A stretch of DNA of 64,000 nucleotides from an uncultured Chloroflexia bacterium (GTDB lineage: Bacteria; Chloroflexota; Limnocylindria; Limnocylindrales; CSP1-4): assembly GCA_963712745.1 (NCBI GenBank), contig CAVQJC010000010.1, forward strand, positions 96,001 through 160,000, written 5' to 3'. Positions within the stretch are counted from its first letter, which is position 1. Each line of letters opens with the position of its first letter. The notes beneath the pieces were generated by a model. It made no database searches. It was not told the DNA's origin and saw only the letters and a program-made list of their open reading frames with translations. Positions 1-8,680 of the stretch are shown one piece after another. Position numbers and translations under genes: made by a program.

Positions 1-635
1 GGCGTCCAGCCGGGCACCTCGGCACGCGTCGAGTCGGACATCAGGCAGAGAACGCCTTCCTCGCCGAAGCGGGCGATGGCCTGGAAGTCGACCGGCTTGC
101 CGTCGACCGGGGTCTGGTCGAACTTGAAGTCGCCGGTATGGACGATGTCGCCGAAGGGCGTGCGGATGCGCAGGCCCATGGCGTCGGGGATGGAGTGGCC
201 GACGCGGAAGGCCGTGACCTCGAAGTGGCCCAGCTCGACGGTCTCACCGGGGTCGAGTGCCTTGAGCGGATTGTTGCGGAGCTTGTGCTCCTTGATCTTG
301 TTGCCGAGCAGGCCGCGGGCCAGGGTCGAGGCGTAGACCGGCACGCCAGGGAACTCGGGCAGCACGTACGGCAAGGCACCGACGTGGTCTTCGTGAGCAT
401 GGGTGATGACGAAGGCCCTGACCTTCTCGCGCTTCTCGCGCAGATACGAGATATCGGGGATGACGATGTCGATCCCGTACATCTCCTCATCGGGGAAGGC
501 CAGGCCGCAGTCGACCACGATGATCTCGTCGTCGAACTCGAACACGGTCATGTTCTTGCCGATCTCGCCGATGCCACCGAGCGGGGTGACGCGCAAGACG
601 TCCTGGCTCGTGGTCGGAGCACGTTTGACGGTCAT
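1..635 (-). CDS. rnj: Ribonuclease J (5' part; runs off the left edge)
   Basis: Manual translation from ATG at 635: MTVKRAPTTSQDVLRVTPLGGIGEIGKNMTVFE...DCGLAFP...ITHAHEDHVG...VGHSIPD...VHTGDFKFD...MSDST, i.e. metallo-beta-lactamase motifs of RNase J. Not in the ORF track because it is truncated. Confidence 0.95.
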   Translation of the reverse strand, partial: MTVKRAPTTSQDVLRVTPLGGIGEIGKNMTVFEFDDEIIVVDCGLAFPDEEMYGIDIVIPDISYLREKREKVRAFVITHAHEDHVGALPYVLPEFPGVPVYASTLARGLLGNKIKEHKLRNNPLKALDPGETVELGHFEVTAFRVGHSIPDAMGLRIRTPFGDIVHTGDFKFDQTPVDGKPVDFQAIARFGEEGVLCLMSDSTRAEVPGWT

Positions 636-1415
636 CTAGAACAGTCCGATCTGGTCGTTGCTGATGTGCATGGGTTCATCCTCGGGTGGTTCCGGCATCG
701 CTGCCGGTGTGCTGGCTTCGGCGCTGGTCTCCTGGGTAGGCTCGGAACCGGCGACAAACCGATCGCGCTGGGGCGAAGCGGCTGCAGCCGTCACCGTCTG
801 ATCGTCGGCGGCGCTATCGGCACGCCCAGAGCGAGCGCGGATCAGGACTTCGGGTATGGCCGCCATGTCTCGCTGCATCGTCTCCTTGAGCGAGCCCTGC
901 CGCAGGGCGGCCGCGGGGTGGTAGAGGGCGTAGCCGGTGGCCGCGCGGGCACCGGTCGAGGGGTCGATCGGCCGCTCGGTGCCATGGACGCGGCTGATGC
1001 GGTCCCCGGGCATGAACGTCTGCAGGCTGAAACGCCCGAGAGTGACCAGGAGCGCCGGGTCGAGCACCTCCAGCTGACGCTGCAGGAAGGGCTGGCAGGC
1101 GGCGATCTCGTCGGGTTCGGGATCGCGGTTGTTGGGCGGACGGCACTTCACGACGTTGGTGATGAAGATATCCTCGCGGCGCCAACCGATCATGGCCAGC
1201 AGCTCCTCCAGCAGTGCTCCGGCTGCGCCCACGAAGGGACGACCCTGCCGGTCCTCGTTCTGGCCCGGGCCCTCGCCCACGAATACCACCTCGGTATCGG
1301 GGCTCCCCTCCCCCGGGACGGCGTTGTTCCGCCCCTGTGCGAGGCGGCAGCTCGTGCAGGCACGGACCTCGCTGGCGATGTTCTCGAGCGCTGCCTGTCG
1401 TTCCTCGGTCGTCAC
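636..1415 (-). CDS. udg: Family-4 uracil-DNA glycosylase with C-terminal extension
   Basis: CxxC Fe-S ligands, VGEGPG, PFVGAAG, ITNVVKCRPPNNRDP, YHPAAALR. Confidence 0.93.
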   Translation of the reverse strand: MTTEERQAALENIASEVRACTSCRLAQGRNNAVPGEGSPDTEVVFVGEGPGQNEDRQGRPFVGAAGALLEELLAMIGWRREDIFITNVVKCRPPNNRDPEPDEIAACQPFLQRQLEVLDPALLVTLGRFSLQTFMPGDRISRVHGTERPIDPSTGARAATGYALYHPAAALRQGSLKETMQRDMAAIPEVLIRARSGRADSAADDQTVTAAAASPQRDRFVAGSEPTQETSAEASTPAAMPEPPEDEPMHISNDQIGLF

Positions 1416-2479
1416 GCGGCCCCGGCAGCGCGCTCCGACGCCTTCCTCAGCCAGCCGTTCTGGACGACCACCTCGGCGATCTCGACGGCATTGGTGGCGG
1501 CGCCCTTGCGCAGGTTGTCGGAAACGACCCAGAAGGCCAGGCCCTTCCCGGCCGGCAGCGAGGCATCGGCACGGATGCGCCCGACGTAGACCTCATCGCG
1601 GCCGGCGCCCTCGATGGCCAGCGGGTAGACATTCTCAGCGGGGTCGTCGCGGACGAGGACACCGGGCACCTGCGCGAACAGCTCGCGAGCCTGGTCGGGC
1701 GACATCGAGCCGGTCAGCTCGACGTGGACGGCCTCCGAATGCGAGGTGATGACCGGCACGCGCACCGCGGTGCACGAGACGGGAAGGTCTGGCAGATGCA
1801 GGATCTTGCGTGTCTCGACGACGACCTTCCACTCCTCCTTGGTGTAGCCGTTGTCAAGGAAGACGTCGATGTGTGGCAGGACGTTGAATGCGATCTGGTG
1901 CGGGTAGACCGACGCCACCAGCTCCTCACCCGCGACGTGCGCACGGACCTGGTCCTCCAGCTCGACGACGGCCTTGTTGCCGCTGCCGCTGACGGCCTGG
2001 TACGTGTCCACGATGACGCGCTCCATACCCACGCTGTCGCGCAGTGCCTTGAACAGGGGCATCAACTGCATGGTCGAGCAGTTGGGGTTGGCGATGATGC
2101 CCTCGTGATCGGCTGCATCCTCGTCATTGACGCCGGCCACCACCAGCGGCACGCCCGGCTCCATGCGCCACTGGCTGGAGTTGTCGACCACGACCGCGCC
2201 GCGCGCGGCAGCCGCGGGCGCGAACACCTTGGAGGTGCCGCCGCCGGCAGAGAAGATGGCGATGTCGACGCCCTCGAACGCCTCGGGCGTGGTGACCGCC
2301 ACCGGCCAGGCGCGGCCACCGAAGTCGACGGTACGACCGTCCGCGCGGGAGGCCAGCGGGCGGAGTTCGCCGATGGGGAAACCCCGCTCGGCGAGGATCT
2401 CGATCATGGTTCGGCCCACCAGGCCAGTGGCGCCGACGACGGCGACGGTGAGGGGCCGGTGAGAGGACTCGATGGGCAT
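1412..2479 (-). CDS. asd: Aspartate-semialdehyde dehydrogenase
   Basis: VGATGLVG, DNSSQWRM, IIANPNCST, YQAVSGSG, SDNLRKGAATNAV. Confidence 0.97.
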   Translation of the reverse strand: MPIESSHRPLTVAVVGATGLVGRTMIEILAERGFPIGELRPLASRADGRTVDFGGRAWPVAVTTPEAFEGVDIAIFSAGGGTSKVFAPAAAARGAVVVDNSSQWRMEPGVPLVVAGVNDEDAADHEGIIANPNCSTMQLMPLFKALRDSVGMERVIVDTYQAVSGSGNKAVVELEDQVRAHVAGEELVASVYPHQIAFNVLPHIDVFLDNGYTKEEWKVVVETRKILHLPDLPVSCTAVRVPVITSHSEAVHVELTGSMSPDQARELFAQVPGVLVRDDPAENVYPLAIEGAGRDEVYVGRIRADASLPAGKGLAFWVVSDNLRKGAATNAVEIAEVVVQNGWLRKASERAAGAA

Positions 2480-2601
2480 GGTGCTATTCCTATGGGACTT
2501 CCATCGAGGGCACGTGACGATGATACCGCGTCGGTGGCGCGCCCTCGAGCGTGTCTACGCTACCGTGGAATGGTGATTCGTGATCGTCTCTTGCCGACGC
2601 C

Positions 2602-3928
2602 TTGACCTCGACCACCCGCGACCGACCCCGCAGCGGCAGATCCGCGGTTCGACACGCACCCGTGCGCGTGGCCATCCTCATCAACAACACCTACGTCGCC
2701 GACGCGCGCGCCTGGAAGACCGCGGTCTCGCTGGGCAAGGCCGGCTACCACGTGACCGTCATCGCGCGCTGGGGCCCTGGCCTGGCCACCACCGAGCAGC
2801 TCGACCATCACACGGTCACCCGCATCCGTCAGCCCGAGGTGCTGCGCTGGCTGCCCGCTCCGAGCCTGCCCGAGACCGGCGACGACCCACGTGGCCGCAC
2901 CGGCGGCCTGCGACGACGCATCCGTGACACGGCCGGACGAGCGAGCCAGGCCTTGCGCTACCTGCGTATGTCACGCGCCTGGTCGAAGGTCATCGCCAGC
3001 CAGGTCGAGGGCTTCGACGTGTGGCAAGCTGAGAGCGTCATCACGCTCTCGCAGGCCGTGGCCCTGCGCCAGCATTTTGGCGGCGTCGTCATCTACGACG
3101 CCAATGACATCGACAGCGAGGCCGGTCGCATGGCCAGCCTGCCGGGACCGTGGAAGCAGCTGCTGCGCCGGCACGAGCGGCGACTCGCGCGCGCGGCCGA
3201 TGCGGTCGTGACCGTGTCTGACCCCTACGCCCAGATACTCGCGCGCATCCTGGGTCGGCCCGTCGATGCGGTCGTGCGCAACGCCGCGGTCGTCGACGAC
3301 CTGCACGCAGAGCCGCAGGCCAAGGACGTCGAGCGCAGCGACCGCTTCCACGAGCAGTTCGAGCTGCCACCGGAGCGGCGCATCGTGCTCTACATCGGGC
3401 AGGTGATGCGTGGACGCGGGCTGCGCCAGCTCTTCGAGGCCATCGCGCTGGTGGAGGATGCCGACCTCGTGGTGGCCGGCTTCGGACCCGACTACGAGCG
3501 TTACCGCACGATGGCCGCAGCGCTGCCCCATCGTGATCGGTATCCACTTCGCTGGCTCGGTACCGCCTGCGGAGATCGCCGACTGGACACGCGGCGCGGA
3601 CGTCGCCGCGATGCCGGTGCAGCCGGACACGCTCAACCACCGCTTCAACACGCCCACCAAGCTTTACGACGCCATGGGCGTGGGCGTGCCGGTGGTGGCC
3701 AGCAAGCTGCCGGGCATCTCTCCCATCGTGAACGAGACCGGCTGCGGCGTGCTCTGCGACCCGACCGACCCGGCCGACCTGGCACGAGCCATCCGTGACA
3801 TCATCGATGCGCCCGAGGCCGACCGACTGGCGCTGCGACTGCGCTGCCTCGGCGCCGCCCGCCACCGCTACGCGTGGCAGCACCAGGCCCGGGAGTTGCT
3901 GCGTGTCTACGACGACTTGGGGGTCTGA
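2602..3928 (+). CDS. GT4-family glycosyltransferase; +1 frameshift near 3541 (probable sequencing error); alternative start GTG 2662
   Basis: N-part (DARAWK, LYIGQVMRGRGL) is in ORF 2602..3798. C-part (FAGSVPP, NTPTKLYDAMGVGVPVVAS) is in ORF 3410..3928. Deleting one base at ~3541 joins them. Confidence 0.8.
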
Positions 3929-3934
3929 CACGAC

Positions 3935-5023
3935 GTGAAGGTCCTGTTCCTGCCCGACTACTCGGAGGCCAACGCCTACCAGCGCGCACTCAGTGAGGGA
4001 CTCGAAGGACTGGGCGTGACGGTCAGCGGCGACCCCACCCGTGCTCGCCGAATCCTGCCCATCGCAGAGGCGCTGCGGCGCCATGGCCGTCCCGACATCC
4101 TCCATTTCCACTGGACCGAGCCCTACATCGCCGGCGGGAGCAGCCGCGTAAGCCGGCTGAAGGCACGCCGCACGCTGGTCGAGCTGCGTCTGGCCAGGCG
4201 CGCCGGTGTGCGGCTGGTGTGGACGGCCCACGACCTCTTCCGCCACGACCGCCGCGAGGATCCCAACGAGCTTGCCTTCATGCGCTCGCTCTTCGGGCTG
4301 GCGGACACGGTCATCGTGCACTGCCGCGCCGCCGCGGACGGACTGCTCGAGACACTGGCCCTGGGCGAGGCCGGCCGCCACAAGATCGCGGTCATCCCCC
4401 ACGGGCACTACCGCGGGGCCTATCCCGACACCATCAGCCGCCAGGACGCTCGCCGGCGGCTGGGGCTGCCCGCGGAGGGCAAGGTCATCTCGTTCGTCGG
4501 CTGGGTGCGCTCCTACAAGGGCGTGTGGGAGCTGCTGGAGGCCTTCGCCGGACTCGACGAGCCGGAGGCACGCCTGGTCATCGCCGGACGCGCCATCGAC
4601 GGAGCGTACGCAGCACGGTTGACCGCAGCCGCCAAGGGTGACGAGCGCATCCTGCTCGACCTGGACTTCATCCCCGACGAGGACCTGCAGGTATACCTGC
4701 GCGCCGCCGACGTCGTAGCCACGCCCTTCCTCGAGATCTTCACCTCCGGCTCGGTGCTGCTGGCCATGTCCTTCGAGCGTGCCGTCCTGGCACCTCGCCG
4801 CGGCTGTGTCACCGATGTGCTGGACGAGCGTGGGGGCATCCTCTACGACGCAGACGACCCGCAGGGCCTCGAGGGCGCACTGCGGGTCGCGATGACGGCG
4901 GATCTGGAAGCGATGGGCCGCCATAACGGCGACAGCCTTGATCGTTTCGATTGGTCCCGGGTCGCCATGGCGACCCGGGATGCCTACGAGGCCGTCCTCA
5001 CCGAGAGCGACCCCGCCGGCTGA
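3935..5023 (+). CDS. GT4-family glycosyltransferase
   Basis: ANAYQRAL, DILHFHW, VWTAHD, VIPHGHY, FVGWVRSYKG, FTSGSVLLAMSF. Confidence 0.88.
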   Translation: MKVLFLPDYSEANAYQRALSEGLEGLGVTVSGDPTRARRILPIAEALRRHGRPDILHFHWTEPYIAGGSSRVSRLKARRTLVELRLARRAGVRLVWTAHDLFRHDRREDPNELAFMRSLFGLADTVIVHCRAAADGLLETLALGEAGRHKIAVIPHGHYRGAYPDTISRQDARRRLGLPAEGKVISFVGWVRSYKGVWELLEAFAGLDEPEARLVIAGRAIDGAYAARLTAAAKGDERILLDLDFIPDEDLQVYLRAADVVATPFLEIFTSGSVLLAMSFERAVLAPRRGCVTDVLDERGGILYDADDPQGLEGALRVAMTADLEAMGRHNGDSLDRFDWSRVAMATRDAYEAVLTESDPAG

Positions 5024-5033
5024 GCGGTCGAGG

Positions 5034-7631
5034 CTAGCCCTCGCCCCCGTTCTTGGCCAGGTGGCGCTGCATGGCCGCCTTGCGGCTGAGGTTCACACGA
5101 CCCTGGCGATCGATCTCGATGACCACGACCATGATCTCGTCGCCGACCTGCACGACATCCTCGACGGTGGGCACGTGGTAGTCGGCCAGCTCGCCGATGC
5201 GCACGAGGCCCTCCTTGCCCGGCAGGATCTCGACGAACGCGCCGAAGCCCATGATGCGCGTGACCTTGCCCAGGTACAGCGCGCCGACCTCGACCTCGCG
5301 GGTGAGTGACTCGATCCACTGGATGGCCTTGGCGGAGTGCTCCGAGTTGACGGCCGCGATCTCGACGCTGCCATCGTCTTCGACGTTGATCTCCGTGCCG
5401 GTCTCTTCCTGGATCTTGCGGATCGTGGCACCACCCTTGCCGATGATGTCGCGGATCTTCTCAGGGTTGATCTTGATGGTGATGATGCGCGGCGCGAAGT
5501 CGCTGACATCGCCGCGAGCGGACGGCAGGACCTCGGTCATCTTGCCCAGGATGGTCATGCGCGCGGTGTAGGCCTTCTCCAGGCCCTGGCGGATGATGTC
5601 CTCGTTGATGCCCTGGACCTTGATGTCCATCTGCAGGGCCGTGACGCCGTCAGCGGTGCCGGTGACCTTGAAGTCCATGTCACCGAAGAAGTCCTCCTTG
5701 CCGAGGATGTCGGTGAGGACCGTGAAACGGTCGCCATCGGTGACCAGACCCATGGCCGCGCCGGCGACCGGAGCCTTGATGGGCACGCCCGCATCCATGA
5801 GCGCCAGCGTCGAGCCACAGGTCGAGGCCATGGACGTTGAGCCGTTGGACGTGACGCACTCGGAAACGAGACGGATGACGTAGGGGAACTCTTCCTGGTC
5901 GGGCAGGACCGGGACGAGGGCCCGCTCGGCTAGCGCGCCGTGACCGATCTCGCGCCGGCCAGGGCCGCGCATGAACTTGTTCTCACCGGTGCTGTACGGC
6001 GGCATGTTGTAGTGGTGCAGGTAGCGCTTCGATTCTTCGGGGCTGATGGTGTCGATGCGCTGCACATCGCTCGAGGGGCCCAGCGTGGCCACGGTGAGCG
6101 CCTGTGTCTCGCCACGCGTGAACAGGCCCGAGCCGTGGGCGCGTGGCAGCAGACCGACCTCCACCGAGATGGGCCGGATGGTGTCCACGTCGCGACCGTC
6201 GATGCGCAGGCCCTCGTCGAGGACGAGCTCCCGGACGGTCTTCTTGTGCAGCAGCGTGGTCAGGCTCTTGCTCATGCCGGAGGCCACGAGGGCCGCCTCG
6301 AACGCAGCGTCGGCGACATCGGCGTCACCACCACCCTTGCGCATGCGCACCGAGTCGGCCACGGCCGACTTGAAGGCGTTGACGCGGACCGGCAGGTCCT
6401 CGGCCATGCGCTGCAGCAGGGCAGCGGTGGCCTCGGCATCGGCCAGGGCGCGGTGAGTGGGATCGACCGAAAGCTCGAAGAACTCGACCAGGTCGGCCAG
6501 CTTGTGGGCGTCGAGATCGGGGTAGCCGGCCCGTGCGAGCACCAGCGTGTCGAGGTACTGACCGGGTTCGATGCGGGTACCGTCGGCGAGGGCAGCTTCG
6601 ATGAAGCTGATGTCGAAGCCGACGTTGTGGCCAACGAGGATGTCGTCCCCGGCGAAGTCGAGCAGCTGGGCGGCCGCCTCGGATGGACTGGGGGCGCTGG
6701 CCACGTCGGCGTCGGTCAGGCCGTGGATCTGCTTGCCCACGATGCCGCGAGTGGGCTTGACGAGCGTCTCGAAGCGGTCGGTCACATTGCCGCCGGCGAG
6801 TCGCACGGCACCGATCTCGACCAGCTCGCCGGTCCGCGCGTCCTTGCTCGTGGTCTCGGTGTCGAAGACGACGAAGGACTCGCCCGATTCGACCGCGTCG
6901 ACGAAGTCGATGACGGAATCCACGGCAGGTTCGAGATACGGGATCTGCTTGGCCTTGCCGACCATGGCCTGCAGCTCCTCCTGGAGCTCGATCACGGGCA
7001 GCAGGCTCTTGTGGCCGAACATGATGGCGTCGGCCATGACCGACTCCGGCAGGATCTTGGCGCCAGCCTCGACCATCATGATGGCGTCGCGGGTACCGCT
7101 GACGATGAGGTCCAGCTCGGACTCATCCATCTGGCTGGCCGTGGGGTTGACCACGAACTCACCACCGATGCGACCGATGCGCACCGCCGCGATGGGGCCC
7201 AGGAAGGGGATCTCGCTGATGGTCAGCGCGGCCGATGCGGCGATGGTGCCGATGGTGTCAGGGTTGTTCTCCTGGTCGGTGGAGAGGACCGTGAGAACGC
7301 ACTGCACGTCGTCCTTGTAGCCCGTGGGGAAGAGCGGACGAATGGGACGGTCGGTGAGGCGGGCGGCGAGGATGGCTGCCTCCGACGGGCGAGCCTCGCG
7401 CTTGATGAAGCCGCCGGGGATCTTGCCCGCGGCGTACATCCGCTCTTCGAAATCGATGGTGAGCGGGAAGAAGTCGAGACCGGCGCGGGGGTCGGCCCGA
7501 TTGGCCGTACCCAACAGCATGGTGTCGCCGTACTGCACGGTCACGGACCCGCCAGCAAGCCGAGCAAGCTTGCCCGTCTCGATGGTGAGCGTGCGACCGC
7601 CGAATTCGGTCGTGAGAGTGGTTACCGTCAT
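5034..7631 (-). CDS. pnp: Polyribonucleotide nucleotidyltransferase (PNPase) with an inserted DEDDh exonuclease domain
   Basis: PH1 (DFFPLTIDFEERMYAAGKIPGGFIKRE, DRPIRPLFP), PH2 (RIDGR, GRREIGHG, SNGSTSMAS, DILGKEDFFGDMDFK), KH (IIGKGG), S1 (FGAFVEIL). An extra ~165-aa DEDDh domain lies at ~6390-6880. Downstream of rpsO. Confidence 0.97.
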   Translation of the reverse strand: MTVTTLTTEFGGRTLTIETGKLARLAGGSVTVQYGDTMLLGTANRADPRAGLDFFPLTIDFEERMYAAGKIPGGFIKREARPSEAAILAARLTDRPIRPLFPTGYKDDVQCVLTVLSTDQENNPDTIGTIAASAALTISEIPFLGPIAAVRIGRIGGEFVVNPTASQMDESELDLIVSGTRDAIMMVEAGAKILPESVMADAIMFGHKSLLPVIELQEELQAMVGKAKQIPYLEPAVDSVIDFVDAVESGESFVVFDTETTSKDARTGELVEIGAVRLAGGNVTDRFETLVKPTRGIVGKQIHGLTDADVASAPSPSEAAAQLLDFAGDDILVGHNVGFDISFIEAALADGTRIEPGQYLDTLVLARAGYPDLDAHKLADLVEFFELSVDPTHRALADAEATAALLQRMAEDLPVRVNAFKSAVADSVRMRKGGGDADVADAAFEAALVASGMSKSLTTLLHKKTVRELVLDEGLRIDGRDVDTIRPISVEVGLLPRAHGSGLFTRGETQALTVATLGPSSDVQRIDTISPEESKRYLHHYNMPPYSTGENKFMRGPGRREIGHGALAERALVPVLPDQEEFPYVIRLVSECVTSNGSTSMASTCGSTLALMDAGVPIKAPVAGAAMGLVTDGDRFTVLTDILGKEDFFGDMDFKVTGTADGVTALQMDIKVQGINEDIIRQGLEKAYTARMTILGKMTEVLPSARGDVSDFAPRIITIKINPEKIRDIIGKGGATIRKIQEETGTEINVEDDGSVEIAAVNSEHSAKAIQWIESLTREVEVGALYLGKVTRIMGFGAFVEILPGKEGLVRIGELADYHVPTVEDVVQVGDEIMVVVIEIDRQGRVNLSRKAAMQRHLAKNGGEG

Positions 7632-7757
7632 CTGTCCTCCAACGGGACGACCGACGGACCGAGGCGCGTTGGGATGTGTTACGCGGACCTCACCTGAGGT
7701 CTCCTGGCGTATGCGAGTGGTAGTGCGTGCGGGCCGCGCCCGCCGGGGCCATGTCGC

Positions 7758-8027
7758 CTAGCGGCGCAGGCCGAGCCGTTCGATGACGGACTGGTACCGG
7801 GCAGCATCCTTGCGCATGAGATACGCAAGCAGGCGGCGTCGCGTGCCAACGAGCTTGAGCAAGCCGCGGCGCGAGTGGTGATCCTTGGGGTAGCGTCGTA
7901 GATGCTCGGTCAGCCCCGCGATCCGCTCCGTGAGCAGTGCGACCTGGACTTCCGGCGATCCGGTGTCACCTTCCTTGGTGGCGTAATCGGCAACGACGCC
8001 TGCCTTCGTTTCCCGCGTCAGCGGCAA
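7758..8027 (-). CDS. rpsO: 30S ribosomal protein S15
   Basis: [31 protein letters not shown] start at 8027 with GGAGG RBS gives 89 aa. Confidence 0.97.
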   Translation of the reverse strand: MPLTRETKAGVVADYATKEGDTGSPEVQVALLTERIAGLTEHLRRYPKDHHSRRGLLKLVGTRRRLLAYLMRKDAARYQSVIERLGLRR

Positions 8028-8071
8028 CTGGTCCTCCAGCCTATCCATATACCTATCTGTTACCGCGCGGC

Positions 8072-8080
8072 AGCATAGCA
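8072..8080 (-). promoter_or_regulatory. Putative extended -10 promoter (TGcTATGCT) for rpsO-pnp
   Basis: TGn+TATGCT about 45 nt upstream of the rpsO start. Confidence 0.55.
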
Positions 8081-8563
8081 CAGTGTCTCAGGATAGGCGT
8101 GCACCTGGACGCGCGATAAGGCGGCGAGCCGCCGCATAGTCTGTGGTTCGCGCGGGCGCCCGTCGCTTGGTTGAAGAGCATTGTGACCTATCAGGCCCCG
8201 CTGCGCAAAGCCGGGGGTCGTTCCAGGATCTGCCAGTGCACGGCTGCTGCCTGGCTCAACTGCCTCACCATCATCAGGCACGAGCGGCGCCGGGCCAGTC
8301 AGGCGCGTCATGTCGAGATCGCGGTTCATCTTGCACTTGCCGGTCATGCCCTCGACCTTGATCGTGCCGGTCATGATCATTGCCTTGACGGCTGCCCTGG
8401 CCAACCAGTCGGCCGTCCGACCGCCTCTCGATCGATCGCTCATCGCGGCTGGGCTTGACCTTGATCCTGGACGCGCCCGCACCTGGCAGGGCTGTGTTGT
8501 CGCCCGGACGCAGAGGCTTGTGGTCGGCCCGCACGCTACCCTGTCCACGACAGGAGGACGAGA

Positions 8564-8680
8564 ATGGCGACCAGCGGCCCGGGCATGGGCGTTGTGCACG
8601 TTGTCGACGCCGACCACGCGTGCGCCGTCGGGGTCGGGCGTGAACGCGAAGCACGCATGCCGGTGCTCGGCGCGCGGTGA
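8564..8680 (+). CDS. Small upstream ORF / putative leader peptide of hutH (38 aa)
   Basis: -10-like TACCCT (8537-8542), AGGAGG (8552-8557), ATG 8564. The TGA stop overlaps the hutH GTG (GTGA). Confidence 0.5.
   Translation: MATSGPGMGVVHVVDADHACAVGVGREREARMPVLGAR

Noticed and set aside
6390-6880. PNPase insert considered as an intein or mobile element
   Set aside because: There is no Cys/Ser...His-Asn splice signature, no LAGLIDADG/HNH motif and no flanking repeats. The motifs are those of a DEDDh exonuclease.
138-7697. Long + strand ORFs antisense to rnj/udg/asd/pnp (e.g. 138..1589, 1214..2605, 5940..7697), and similar shadows elsewhere (28743..30257, 46181..48352, 60824..62314)
   Set aside because: These are shadow ORFs expected from high-GC codon bias opposite real genes. 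They have no recognisable motifs.
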